From contig NC_043003.1 of NCBI RefSeq assembly GCF_006345805.1, positions 59,272,001 through 59,336,000 on the forward strand: 64,000 bases of DNA, given 5' to 3'. Below, in pieces: positions 12,274 to 25,496 of this stretch. Below the pieces are notes generated by a model that was not told the origin of the DNA, searched no databases, and saw only the letters and a list, made by a program, of their open reading frames with translations. This DNA comes from Octopus sinensis (lineage: Eukaryota). The position numbers were made by a program, and so were the translations under genes. Position 1 is the first letter of the stretch; each line of letters begins with the position of its first letter.

Positions 12274-12416
12274 CGTTCATATATTCGTTTTGCAAGATTC
12301 GTGATGTGAAATCGTGTTTTGAAACACGTTTGAAACACATTTTGAAACACATTGTTGTATTTGGGGATGGTCATGTTGCCAGTTTAGCCAGTAAGAACGA
12401 AAAGAGCAAAGGGCCA

Positions 12417-12471
12417 CTGATGAGGTCACAGAAGTGTGACGAAGAACTCTGACCGAAATACGATTAATGTA
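12417..12471 (+). other. Hammerhead-like core (CUGAUGA, stem II, GAAA), incomplete
   Basis: CTGATGA-GGTCA...TGACC-GAAA read directly; no convincing stem I or cleavage triplet. Confidence 0.4.
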
Positions 12472-12632
12472 AAAAATAAAATACAACTGAAGTATTGACA
12501 CAAATGACATTTCTGGACATGAACATACTAAATATTATTGCCATCTCCTCAACAGCAGAATTAGACAATCGAACGTTGATCTAAAACCTTTTGAAATTTT
12601 TAGTTATGCAAAAGTATCGACAAAGAAAATCA

Positions 12633-12844
12633 TGGGTCATCCCATAAATAATGCGATTTTTTCAATTGCTTGAACTAAAAGTTGGAGGGGGACGGGATAT
12701 TCTTAGTGCAAGTTTTGAAGAGTGCAGTTCGATTTTAACAGTTATTTTTAAAGCTATAATGGCAGTGAGAAAGGAGCATATTCGGCATATTTTGCTATAT
12801 AAGTTCAAGAAAGGTAACAAGGTAACGGAAAATGCGAGGAATAC
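12633..12844 (+). mobile_element. mariner 5' fragment (putative TIR plus transposase N-terminus)
   Basis: From ATG 12759: MAVRKEHIRHILLYKFKKGNKVTENARN, matching the mariner N-terminal HTH pattern; broken by (CATA)n. Confidence 0.8.
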
Positions 12845-13461
12845 CCAATACATACATACATACTTACATACATACATTCACAAGCAAAAATGTCCTGTTA
12901 TTGATATTGAAATTCCAATGAAGGAGCCTTGGATCTAGGTTAGAAACCAGTTCTTTCTCTATTGACAAGAAATCTTGAAATAAACTGAATATTGACATAC
13001 ATACATAATACATACATCATAGATGCTGTGCGTCTTACATTACTGAATGTACCGTGTTATGACACAGTAAAAATCTCTCAAGGAAGCTCTATAGCGAGAC
13101 CATATATTCTATTTGTCTGCTTTTTTTATATTAGGCCATGCTGAAAGTTCCACCCTTTTTTTTAGATATTCTTGGATTTGCAGACTAACAAGCAAAAATG
13201 AAATTCCCTTCATTGATGAACACTTCACTAATGGAATGGATGCTTTGTCTGTTGACTGGCACCATATTGACAAGCCATCAAATGCGGTGTGCTTCACATT
13301 GATATGCTTCACCTTAAATCGCTTACTCGCTCGCTCAATCAATCCCCCCACCCTCTCTCTCTCTCTCTCTCCATATATAGGTAAACACATATCAAGTACG
13401 ACATACTTCGAACACAGGGGTACTGTTAAAAATATTACGCTTACACAGCAACTCCTACTTA

Positions 13462-13642
13462 GGCGTAGGAGTGGCTGCGTTGTAAGTAGCTTGCTTATCG
13501 ACTACATGGTTCTGGGTTCAGTCCCACTGCGTGGCACCTTGGGCAAGTGTCTTCTATTGTAGACTCGGGCCGATGAAAGCCTTGTGAGTGGATTTGGTAG
13601 ACGGAAACTGAAAGAAGCCTGTCGTATATATTTATGTATATA

Positions 13643-13692
<50 letters not shown>

Positions 13693-13938
13693 TGTGTGCG
13701 TGTGCGTGTGTGTGTGTGTGTGTGTATGTTTGTATGTCTGTGTTTGTCCCCCAAACATCGCTTGACAACCGATGCTGGTGTGTTTATGCCACCGTAATTT
13801 AAGGTTCGTCAAAATAGACCGATAGAATAAGTACTAGGGTTATAAAGAATAAGTCCTGGGGTCGATTTACTCGACTAAACGCGGTGCTCCAGCATGGCCA
13901 CAGTCAAATGACTGAAACAAGTTAAAGAGTAATAGAGT
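13462..13938 (+). mobile_element. SINE family A, full length
   Basis: Head, core, ~115 bp TA/TG tract and tail all present. Confidence 0.95.
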
Positions 13939-14259
13939 ATATAAAAAAATTATGCATAACCTATAGATTTACGTATGATTGCGGGTTTCCTTCCATTTGT
14001 ATATGTTTGTGCGCATGTTAATATGTAAGGAGCAAAATAGTTTGTATTTAACATCCGAATATATTCCTCACTAGAAGAAGTTCTGAATCATTCATTCTGA
14101 GTTGTGCTATTTAAGAAGTTAAGATATTTTATCAAATGCTTCTCTTTTGTCTGAAAGTAATTCAAAGAATAAGCTCGGTAAAAAGAAATACTTATAACGT
14201 TCAATTTTTCGTTTGCATTTATTTGTCTCTTGTGTATTGTGTATGAGATGTTATTGTAA

Positions 14260-14418
<159 letters not shown>

Positions 14419-14650
14419 CATTCGTTGCCCTTTACTTCTTCCTTTCTCTCTTTCTGTCTATCTCCACAGGCATATACGTAAAATATAGGGTAGCGATTTA
14501 TTATTTTTTTTTAGAAATTTCACTACAACTGGCCTAGCATGTATAAAAGGTCAATAGACTTAAATGTGGTTGTGATCGTTTTGACTACTCCTTCTAGCGT
14601 GTAAAAACTGCTTGCTGAAGGCAACTTTCTCTTGTGTTTAAATCTACAGA

Positions 14651-14679
14651 CATATATATATATATATATTATATATATG

Positions 14680-14729
<50 letters not shown>

Positions 14730-14741
14730 TATATACATATA

Positions 14742-14776
<35 letters not shown>

Positions 14777-14970
14777 TATATATATATATATTATATATAT
14801 ATATATAATATATATATATATTATATATATGTATATATGTATATATGTATATATATATGTATATACATATATATATATAATATATATATATATGTATGTA
14901 TGTATATATACACACAGAAATATATATAGACCTGCATACCTACATACCTATATACATGCATACTTACCTC

Positions 14971-15045
<75 letters not shown>
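14651..15045. repeat. Compound (TA)n/(CT)n microsatellite
   Basis: Read directly. Confidence 0.95.
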
Positions 15046-15048
<3 letters not shown>

Positions 15049-15379
15049 CACAAATACTAAAGGAAATAGACAAACACGATCGATATAATAAAAATTTTTT
15101 TACATCATAACATAATATATTATACTATAAAAGATATGTTATAATATAACAACATATTACACTATAACTTTTATAGCATATCATATTACATATTATAATG
15201 TAAATATACGTTTAATATGTCATTTGTAAATTGTAATTATACCCTTTAATATGTGGTATTCAACTGAAATACCTGTGAAAATTGGATGTTTTGCATCCCT
15301 TTCAAGGAATTGATTCTTTCCTTTGTTTGATTTATATACATATATACACATACATGCATATAGATAGATAGGTATAAAT

Positions 15380-15480
15380 AGGTAGTCGTTAAGGTGTTGC
15401 ACTCGTGATCGCAAGTTCGTGTTTACTGTTTCCCGGACCCGAAGATATTTGTTTGAGGAAAACATTTCATTTCACGTTCT
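15380..15480 (+). mobile_element. SINE family C, decayed 5' part
   Basis: GTTAAGGTGTTGCACTCGTGATCGC...GAGGAAAACATTTCATTTCACGTT is homologous to the inverted copy at 15570-15742. Confidence 0.6.
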
Positions 15481-15569
15481 TCTGCGAACTGTACAGGTTA
15501 TGTTGATATAACTACACTTCGCCGTTCACGATGCACTTTTTGCAATGACTCAGCCTTCAAATTTGCATT

Positions 15570-15742
15570 ATCCCGCTGGCTAAGCGACGAACAAGCCAAC
15601 ACCACAACCCTCTGATCGAAAGTGGGGTTGGAGTAACATGAAATGAAGTGTTTTGCTCAAGAATACCACTCACCACTCAGTCAAAGAATCGAAACCACAA
15701 TCTAGCGATCCTTAATGCAACAGTCTAACCCCTAGGCCACTA
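15570..15742 (-). mobile_element. SINE family C (tRNA-like head)
   Basis: Minus strand GTGGCCTAGGGGTTAG (A-box-like), GGTTTCGATTC (B-box-like), TTGAGCAAAACACTT (core-like). Confidence 0.7.
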
Positions 15743-18700
15743 GCGATTAGGCTACTGACGGTAATTAAGCATCAAGTACCATCACTTCGGCATTGAATTA
15801 CTGGTTTCTCAATCTTTCCTTTATCTCTGTGTTGAACCATATAAGCTTACCGAGTTTACATTCTATGTAGCTTTGTCAAGTTGGCTGTATAGAATTCACT
15901 CGATTCAAAATACTTTCTGTGGAATAGTGTTCTTTATTGGTTTTTAAATGGAAAACTCTATGCAAATACGGATCAGAAATTTTAAATAACTACTTGATTT
16001 ACGAATAATGAAGAATGAGTGGAGCAGATATTGAGGAGCTTCATGCATTTCACAGCATGGAGACAAGTGCTATGTTATCTCTGATTCTACTAGTTTCTTA
16101 TTCCTGAATTTCTCAACAAGCTTCAGTAATCTGTTTTTAAAAATCTTAGCATAATACCAGTATATCTAAGTATATCCATGTATCTGCAATGTTTATTAGT
16201 TTTATTAGCTTTTTTTTTTAGTTTTCTTCAAGCGTTTGTATCAGTGTCGACAGTTACGTGTAAAAATTTTATGAATCAGGTTAGTTATGTTCTTTATATT
16301 GTGAAATTAAATCTGTTTATAAGGATATTTCTAAATGTATATAAGGTATGTACATATGTGTAATGATTTATTTAAAGTTATCTAGGATATGTATAGGATA
16401 GGCCAATAAGATCCCGTATTACTGCAGCGTCAAATAGGCCATACGGAAATCAAATATATTCACACAGACATATATGTGTGTGTTACATAAATGGATTTAC
16501 ACACACGCACATACACGCTCACATGTATAGACGCATATATATTTATACGGACACACGTACATATATATGTATATATGTGTGTGTATGTGTGTTTATGCTT
16601 GTATATATACACACACATCCAAACACACATACACATATACATTCATATACTTTCTCTCACTCACCCTCTCGCATGCACGTACATACACATACACACACAC
16701 ACTCTCTCTCTCATACACATACTCACACACACATATATATATATAATTCATATGTCGCATTAATGACAAAGCAACTCAGTTACTTTTTTGTTTCCTTAAT
16801 GTCTGTGAAGTAACACAATAATAACAACAACAACAACAACAATAGCATAGTTTAACTAACATTACTCTGAACACATCTTCCTTTATGAATGTACAAGTGC
16901 ATAAGAAATATGGGTTAATTGTTAATTACTTTTCCCTATTTGCTTCAGGTTATCTTGTAAAGATGTCCGGGTTTTAAATCGATTTTTCTCGTGATTAATT
17001 GGATGTTTTATGCACACAATTTTATAAGAACAATTCTGCTATTGAAAGAAAAAAAAAAACAATAAGGAAAGGAATTTGCACATAAAAATGCACTAATTTT
17101 CTTCTGCTATTAGCCGGTATTTCTGTTATGTTGTTAATGATGTTAATCACTATAGATAAAATATTCTCCTTCATTTACTGACATCGATATCTCTAAAACA
17201 ATATGAATTTTGCTTTCTTTTCATATTGTCACTGATTTCAGAGATCAGTACAAAAAAAAGAAAACACGTCTCTGAATACAGTTAATATAAAGTTTGCTTA
17301 AATTTTTGGTTCTCATTATGTATAATATTATAATGTAATAAATGTTTTATTTATGTATACAAATATAGACTTATACATACATTGATGGTTAAGTAATTGG
17401 CACGATACTAAAATTGGTTGTAGTTATAGAGACGCAATTTGACAATTCTGCTAATAATTGAAGTTTATTAAATGAAATGAGACGAATAGAAACAAGTCTT
17501 ATTTGCTATGAACATGATTTTTCAGAGATGTTGAAGTATGACCGAACTGTTACAGAGAATTAGTTCTCCGCATAGAAAAACCTGAGAGGAATAAAAATTT
17601 ATTTAAAAATAATACGCCACCGAAGAGCCTAACACAAATTAGGTGCTGCATTTTTACCAGTTCAGTATGTATATTATTCAGTATTTTAGTGATTCAGTTC
17701 TGTAATATAATAATTGAAAAAATTACCTACTCAACGGTAATATTAATTTAGGAACAATATAAACCTGCTTGTTAACACAAAAATTATTTATACAGTTCCT
17801 TTCGAATGCAGGACTTAATTGGCACCATCAAGAATTTAAGTTGTAATTAGAAAATTTTTTAATAAAGACTCTGTAAAAGAAAATAGATAATGTTCCTTTA
17901 CTTAACCCAAGTTGTTGTTGCGAATTTTCGTTCTGATGCATCAGGTTCAAAGCAACGTCCATTGAGGCACTTATCTCTATTGTGCCTGTGGGAACATTTT
18001 GAAAGTTGAAACTTTCTTCACTCTTTACTTTATGTGAGACGGAGAATTATCTAGGATAGAAGACAGCAGATTACATTTGAGAGATCCCGAGTTCGTATCA
18101 TGTTATATCATATGGATAAGACACATCGATTTCAATACACTAAGCTAGAAGCAGATCAGAAAAAAATCACAACTGTGAGTTTTCCTACCTCATATAGCAT
18201 CTAAATCGTTTTAGTTCCGATCTCAAAGCGTTGTACCGTAGACAGGTTTCTGTTACAATTGCCACAAACAACAAAAGCTTTATGGTAGAAAACTGAGAGA
18301 TGGAAACTACGTGAAAGTCCCATAGAACATTGTTTTCTAGATTTTCGTGGTAATTTTAATCCGTGCCCTTGTTTCACATCTCCACCTTATGCATGATTAA
18401 TTTTATGTATTCGGGCAGAGATTTCTGTTTGAGAATAAATCCTTATTTTCCTCCTTGATACTTCCATTTGTCATGAGAAGTAATAATTGGTAAAGTCAAA
18501 TGAGTTGTAATTCTCCTCTGTTAGCAGCGGCGACTTATTGCAGTTAGTGAAAAAATCACTTTGCTTTCCAGGAGACATGGATAATATTGCTTCGGTGACG
18601 GCAGTGGAATGGAACAGGCAATCTGTTTTAAATATTCATCTTATTATTGCGGGTAGTTTGGGTAGCGATTTCTCTCATGCACTTAACACAAACAGGTCAG

Positions 18701-19061
18701 AAACAATAGCTTCATAAGCTTTCCTCAAGGGATTGACGCCGTGCTGACAATTATAGAATTGATGTTAGATTGTTCAGTTTCATACAAGGACCTATACAAG
18801 ACCTATTGGTCCTTGAGTCAGTTTTGTTCTTTTCAGTGGATTACACACACACACACACACACGTAAGTATTTATACAGATATAAGTGGTAACTAAGAACT
18901 AAATGTTTCTAAACATTTTTTTATTTCCACTACGTATGGTCTGAATATCCTAACTAGCAACGCTGCTAAATACAGAAGTGAACTAACAGCTATCCTGAAA
19001 GCCAAATGGATAATGATAAACTACGTGGAGGAGCGCTAACTCATACAGATTCATGGGCACA

Positions 19062-19124
<63 letters not shown>

Positions 19125-19128
<4 letters not shown>

Positions 19129-19562
19129 TGTTGTGTAATATTTTAATGCATTTTAATATTTTACTTTCAATTTCCATGTATTAATTATATTTTCTTTATT
19201 AATGACAATATGTATTTTAACCAAAGATTCGATGTAAGGTTTTTTCCTCGACTTTTATAATTTTATATATATATTTTTTTGAGCTCATTTTTGTTTATCG
19301 CTCGAAATTGACCGTTATTTGAAAGGACCAATCAAACAAGTCCATTTTTAAAGGTGTAGCGTTTATACTAGTCTTGATAGAATTGACATATCGGTTCTAT
19401 TCTAGCAAAAACTGTCCGACGAACGGGAACGTGAAACTCAGAGTAACAGGTTTTGTTGAATTTTCTGCTGCTTTTAAATAAAGCATATTACTCTACCACT
19501 GGTATTTGAGTACTCTTTTTTCTACCTTGTTTCACATTTATGTGTTTACTCCGGTATATATA

Positions 19563-19602
<40 letters not shown>

Positions 19603-20030
19603 TGTTGTGTAATATTTTAATGCATTTTAATATTTTACTTTCAATTTCCATGTATTAATTATATTTTCTTTATTAATGACAATATGTATTTTAACCAAAG
19701 ATTCGATGTAAGGTTTTTTCCTCGACTTTTATAATTTTATATATATATATTTTTTTTGAGCTCATTTTTGTTTATCGCTCGAAATTGACCGTTATTTGAA
19801 AGGACCAATCAAACAAGTCCATTTTTAAAGTGTAGCGTTTATACTAGTCTTGATAGAATTGACATATCGGTTCTATTCTAGCAAAAACTGTCCGACGAAC
19901 GGGAACGTGAAACTCAGAGTAACAGGTTTTGTTGAATTTTCTGCTGCTTTTAAATAAAGCATATTACTCTACCACTGGTATTTGAGTACTCTTTTTTCCA
20001 CCTTGTTTCACATTTATGTGTTTACTCCGG
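19125..20030. repeat. Near-perfect tandem duplication, ~430 bp units, period 474
   Basis: 19125-19554 and 19599-20030 differ at only a few positions; both units are bounded by (TA)n. Confidence 0.95.
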
Positions 20031-20063
<33 letters not shown>

Positions 20064-21679
20064 TCATACTTAGAGATATATGTATGCACATAGGTAGATA
20101 TGTTTGTATGTATATATATAATTCTATATCTAGCTTTAGACGCTTATCAACGATGAAGATGAGAAAAAACCATGACCAAAAGTAATGGTGACATCAGTAA
20201 ACTTGTCGAACTTTTGTTTCTTCTTTTGTTTCAAATAATTGCTCTTAAAAAAAGTATACGAAAATATTTTGTGCAGATGTTAACATCACTTGTTTGATAT
20301 CTGATGCAAGTATCTTCGTTTTTCAAACAAATCCTTCAATAAAGCTGAGTTTTTTTAACTTTATTGATAAAATTTATGAAGAGATTTTACTAATTCATTT
20401 AACAATAGTGACATTTGTGCCAATGAGGAGATAATATACGTTCACATTGATTTTGCTTACATACGTTCATGCAAACATACATGCAATCATAATACAAATA
20501 TACATGCATAATACACATATATATATGTATATATATATATATATATAAATATATATATATGCACATATATATACATATATACGTGTATATATGTATATAT
20601 GTATACATACACACACGTATATAGTTATTTCCTATGCATAGTTCAAGCTAGTCTCCCATAAATTTCTGTCTGATTACCTACACCCACAGGTAAGTATTAT
20701 ATCTATATAATATTCCACGAAAAAAAAAAAAGATATATTTCACTTCTTTGCATTGTGCATCTATATTGCTCTCTTTAATTTTCATCTTGATTTGCTCAAT
20801 TTATCATTTCATACTGTTTATTTTATGCAAACTTTTATTTTCTACTATCTTAAACATTTTCCTTCATGCCGTTGTTTATTTCTTTATATATCTTATATTT
20901 AAGCATCATATTCTTTGAAGTTTCGTTTCTTTATTCTTAATAATTATTATTGCTTTATATTTCTCCATCAGCTGTAGTATTTTATTTATTTTTCGTTAGA
21001 TTCTCCCTTTCCCTCACATATCTGTTTTTTTTTCCCTTTCCATCTCTGTTTCTGTAAAAGCTTCTATTAAAGACCCCTTTCTTGTTCCTCCTTGTATTTC
21101 TTTATCTGTCTCAAACCATTTTTAAATCAATCTCTTTTTCTTTTTCCCTCTCTTTTTCTCTCACCCATTACCCTCTCTTTGCCACCCCTTCTCTGAACTT
21201 CACACAAAATCCACGCCTTTCCACCGTTTTTAGTCTATCCTTAAAAAACAAAAAAACACAAAAAAAACCACAGTTAAATGAAAGATATTAGCGAAATGTT
21301 TATGATGAATACGGCTGCTGTTGAATTAGGCGACATATTACAATGATAGCAATGAGAAAGCATCGCCCCAATGGTACCTCTTAGTCAGAAGATTTTCTTT
21401 TCCCTATTTTACTAATTTTTTTTCCTGTATATTTTTGTTCCAAACAACCGGTTTCGCAGTTCTAAGTCACGCCTCTTCTGTTTCGAGGAGAAACAAGAAC
21501 AGTTGAAATTTAAACAACCCTCGACTTGTTGTGATCGAGAACGTTGTAGAGGGGCGATCCTCTGCTCTATAATCAGTCACCTTTTAAGTCGTTATTACAT
21601 CGGAAAAGAGTTGTGAAGCTTAGCTGGTTGAATAGCAAGACTGTGATTATCTCGTCAGCGCAGAGGAAAGGGGTGATTA

Positions 21680-21810
21680 GAGGAAACGGAGGCGGAGGTA
21701 AAGATTTGATATAAGAGCCGAATCATAACATAGAAGGAAAAACGCTCTTATTTAGCAGAACAGAAACACCAGTAACCAATGACAATGGGTAGTAACTGGT
21801 GACGTCAATA
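21680..21810. promoter_or_regulatory. Promoter-like motif cluster
   Basis: GC-box-like GAGGCGGAGG 21689-21698, CCAAT 21776-21780 and perfect CRE TGACGTCA 21800-21807 in unique, CpG-richer sequence. Confidence 0.3.
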
Positions 21811-21859
21811 ATAGTTGATGTAATCATTACTCTGCTAAAGTCTATTTAACGACCAGACC

Positions 21860-21909
<50 letters not shown>

Positions 21910-22168
21910 CTGTATGCATATGTCTGTATGTGTGCATGAATGTATGTTCATACGTAATTATGAATACGTATTTATGTATGTATATATGTATGTATGATAC
22001 TTGCAAACATTCATTTCTGGAGGCAACAAGCCTATAAGTGTGTTCTTAATTGAGTGAAAATTGATAATATATATGTATGCGTATGAATCGCTATGATTAA
22101 TTTTTCAAAGAAAGAGAAACGTCTATGTAAAGAATTGGTTACATTTGAACAATAAGAAGAGAAAATGG

Positions 22169-22254
22169 AGAAGAAGAAGAAGAAGAAGAAGAAGAGAAGA
22201 AGAAGAAGAAGAAGAAGAAGAAGAAGAAGAAGAAGAAGAAGAAGAAGAAGAAGA
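22169..22254. repeat. (AAG)n microsatellite
   Basis: Read directly. Confidence 0.97.
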
Positions 22255-23259
22255 AAACATAGGGAGGACTTACTGCAATATGAGATAAATATATATGTTG
22301 CCTGTTAGTTTCCTGTGTTAACAGTAGATATTTGAATTATTCAATTATTATTAAATTGTTAAATAAATACACATTCCTACCCATGGGATGTCTGTTGTCA
22401 AACATCCTAAAACACAATGCTATCACCACCACCACGACCACTATCCTCATCTTTGATGTTAGTGGCAGCAGCAGTAGAGGCAGCAGCAGTGGCAGCAGCA
22501 GTAGTAGTTGCAGTATGAATTGTACCATTGTTATTAACCACCACTTTCCTCTGTACCAGTTGTCACCAACTAAACATATTTTGCCTCTTATTTCAACACA
22601 TTGCCTATACGAACTGACATTTGTCAAAAATTTTCTGTTCTTTCGCTTCCTCCTCATTATCTTCATCAACACTTCCAACGTCATCACCATTCTTCTCCCC
22701 ATCCCTCCCCTTCATCGTAAATATTATTATTTTTGTTGCTTAGTCACTACTAAGTACTGATAGAATATGCTTTTGTTCAACGCATTGCAATTCCGATCAT
22801 CCTATTATATTTTAGTCAAAGTGTATCAAAGACTACAATTTCATATGTACTTTCTTTTTATTTTTATAAAGACAGTTGATTGAACAACTAGAAATGTAGA
22901 ATTACATGATTGTTTTAGGTGCAGGAGTGAATGTTTTGCGCCGTTTACCTGCCTTCTTCGTCCCTACATATTCAAATCCCAACAAGATAACATTTTACTT
23001 TACAATTCTCTCTCTCAAATCATCCGTTCTCATTCCATTGATAGTAGATTTGCAGCAACTTTACAGCGTCGGACAAAAAGCTTTACAATACATAGTGGAT
23101 AACAGGATAACCTTGCAATCAGCAGAATCGAGATTTTCCTGACCGAAGGTTTTAGCAAAATACTTTACTCACCCCTAGAACAAGCGGATTGAAATAATAG
23201 AAAGAACTGGATTTAACAATTCAAAATAATCTTACAGAAAGATTGACATTTTTTCCTGA

Positions 23260-23565
23260 CGCCACCCCCCACACTCATGTTGTCGAAGTCGGTCGTGGAT
23301 GTTGCTGTCTGGCCTTCAGTTGTTGTCCGTTGCCTTTTCTTATTCCTTCTCTTTCAAACAATATAAAGTTATTGTTTATGTTTTGTCGATCGTCTCAAAG
23401 CTTGTCTGCTGCAGAGTTGACATAAGGAGACCTTTGTAGCGTTGAAGAGCACGGTTTGTCTTTCCCTAGTTGCCAGATCGCCGACGTTATTTGACAAGGA
23501 AGTCATTCATCGCTCATCATGGCCGGCCCATCGAAAACGATGTCTAACAAATAGGGATTTGACGG
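23260..23565 (-). pseudogene. Decayed RTE-like LINE C-terminal fragment
   Basis: Minus strand RHRFRWAGHDER, GDLATRER, QRYKGLLMSTL resemble the RTE-clade pattern LRWAGHV.RM...YGEL..G.R...RYKD.LK. Confidence 0.6.
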
Positions 23566-23635
23566 TGTGGATATTCGCTTTTTCAATCACAGAGTTATTG
23601 GAGACATAGACAAATTACTTGATGTTCACGATAGA

Positions 23636-23637
<2 letters not shown>

Positions 23638-23700
<63 letters not shown>
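23638..23700. repeat. (AG)n microsatellite
   Basis: Read directly. Confidence 0.97.
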
Positions 23701-23704
<4 letters not shown>

Positions 23705-23934
23705 AAGATCCAATTGATAAAAGAGTTCGAATTACTGATGTCTGCTTAGCGAAGGCATCTGGATTATGTATAACTGCTCTCAGGTCAGCTCGATATCTAT
23801 GTGCATATATTGGCTATGAATATGAACCTTTATATTAACTTCAATTATCTTTTCAACCTGATGCAAGTGTCTCTGCACGACCTCACAAACCCTGCAGATA
23901 TGCAGGCTGCATGAAACACCCGACTCCTTCCCAG

Positions 23935-24405
23935 ACAGAGCTTTCATAAAGCTGATTGGTAGGGTATTCAAAAAGACGTTATGGAAGAAAACTGGTCAAC
24001 AAGTTTCTCTACGCAAGATATTGACATAAAGCCATAGCATTTAATGACAATCATGAATGACTAATGCAGTAAGTTTGCTTTAGAAAAAATATAAAAAACA
24101 AAAAGACAACTCTCATGTATAAGAAGATTAAATGAGACGACGAACAAAGATCTCAAACTGTCCAAGTGGGCAACTAAAGGAGAACGAAGGATCTTATCTC
24201 AGGCATAACTTGCTTGAGATTAAAAATGAACTCAATCACGCCCGTGAAAAGCAAAGGGCAGAGAAAGAATCCATGGCTACAAAAATGTAATGACAAAACC
24301 GAAAACCTTCAATATATTTGCAAAAGAGTGCAATATAGGGCCACTGTTCGAAAGAAAATGGCTCAACGACTGTAGACCTTCAGATGGTAGTGAAATCCCG
24401 AAGTT
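23935..24405 (+). pseudogene. Old CR1-clade LINE fragment (APE-RT linker)
   Basis: SFHKADW*GIQKDVMEENW, EIKNELNHAREKQRAEKE and IGPLF align with NFHKANWKLIEKEILKQDW, EIEKSLHQSHEKERADKE and IGPLF in the 53.6-56.3k LINE. Confidence 0.8.
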
Positions 24406-24777
24406 GCAATAGAAAATTGTTTTCACAACTTCGCTGAGACACTTGAAATATTCGGCGAGAGCTACTGTTTCTTTTTCAAGGCCAACACATGTGAGTGAAT
24501 GTGACAAGAGACAACCCCAAGCAATCAAGGCGCTGTAAATTTAATCTGTCAAGTGGTAGAGTGGACAAAAGTTGTTTGTGTGTAGTCCATTTGCCGCATG
24601 GGTATGAACTGTAGGTAAGTATGTATGAAATCTTGTTCTCCACTAAATTCGTACATCAGTGTCATGCAAGTAAGAGTCACGAATGTGAGCAAAGTTTAGG
24701 TTTTTGGCTGAGTAAATAATTTCTTGCGCAAAAATATTGTCATATGACATTTAACACAGACGTAGCGAGGAACTTAC

Positions 24778-24938
24778 AAACATGTCTAAGACTAACCACG
24801 TCATCATCCTTTGCCAGTAAAAATGTATCCTTTGCAGATACTAGTTTCAGCCATGTTCTATCCATAAAAAATAACGAGAGAATTTTCGAACTCCGGTCGA
24901 AAGCAATATAGTCGCGGCATAGCATCACGTCTTTGAAC
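24778..24938 (-). CDS. Candidate 161-nt exon, unknown product
   Basis: Donor TTT|gtaagt, weak acceptor, one open frame (FKDVMLCRDYIAFD...SLRHV). Confidence 0.15.
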
Positions 24939-25297
24939 CTGATATAACTTTTCAAAATCCGCAACGTATGTGTGACCGCAAAATATATGAACCAAAATAA
25001 AAGATTCTCAGTTCATTTTCAGCACCTTTCTTCTATATTTCTACCCGTGCAGAATAATATATATATATATATATGTAAATGTAATATGTGACAATTATTC
25101 GGTAGCCATGCTAAAACTCTGAGTTTCGGATGCCGAGGTGGAAATCCACGCGCTATCTCTTCAGTTATCCGGCCATTGCAAACAATGCTATGAAAATTCG
25201 ATTACATTTACAGGTAAATTCCTCTATTACATAATGTCGAGGCCTCCTTCATTATTTTTTTGTCTTACCATTTTTATAATATATATATATATATATG

Positions 25298-25407
<110 letters not shown>

Positions 25408-25496
25408 GTGTGCCTGTATGTATGTGTGTGAATGTTTGGACAATTATATAATAACTGACGGAAAGCTAGATATATCTTTTTATATGCATGTAGTAT

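Noticed and set aside
13198-13302. Signal-peptide-like short ORF MKFPSLMNTSLMEWMLCLLTGTIL...
   Set aside because: 34 codons, weak donor site and no recognisable homology.
29-13938. SINE orientation switch (minus before 6.3k, plus from 9.8k to 13.9k) around the candidate promoter
   Set aside because: Only about four or five copies per side; not distinguishable from chance.
20642-20689. 48-nt in-frame exon candidate with CAG|gtaagt
   Set aside because: It partly resembles a decayed SINE segment and the peptide is unrecognised; chance is likely.
22332-22760. Overlapping 142-aa and 121-aa ORFs
   Set aside because: Driven by low-complexity CAC/GCA/TAG triplet runs; no domain.
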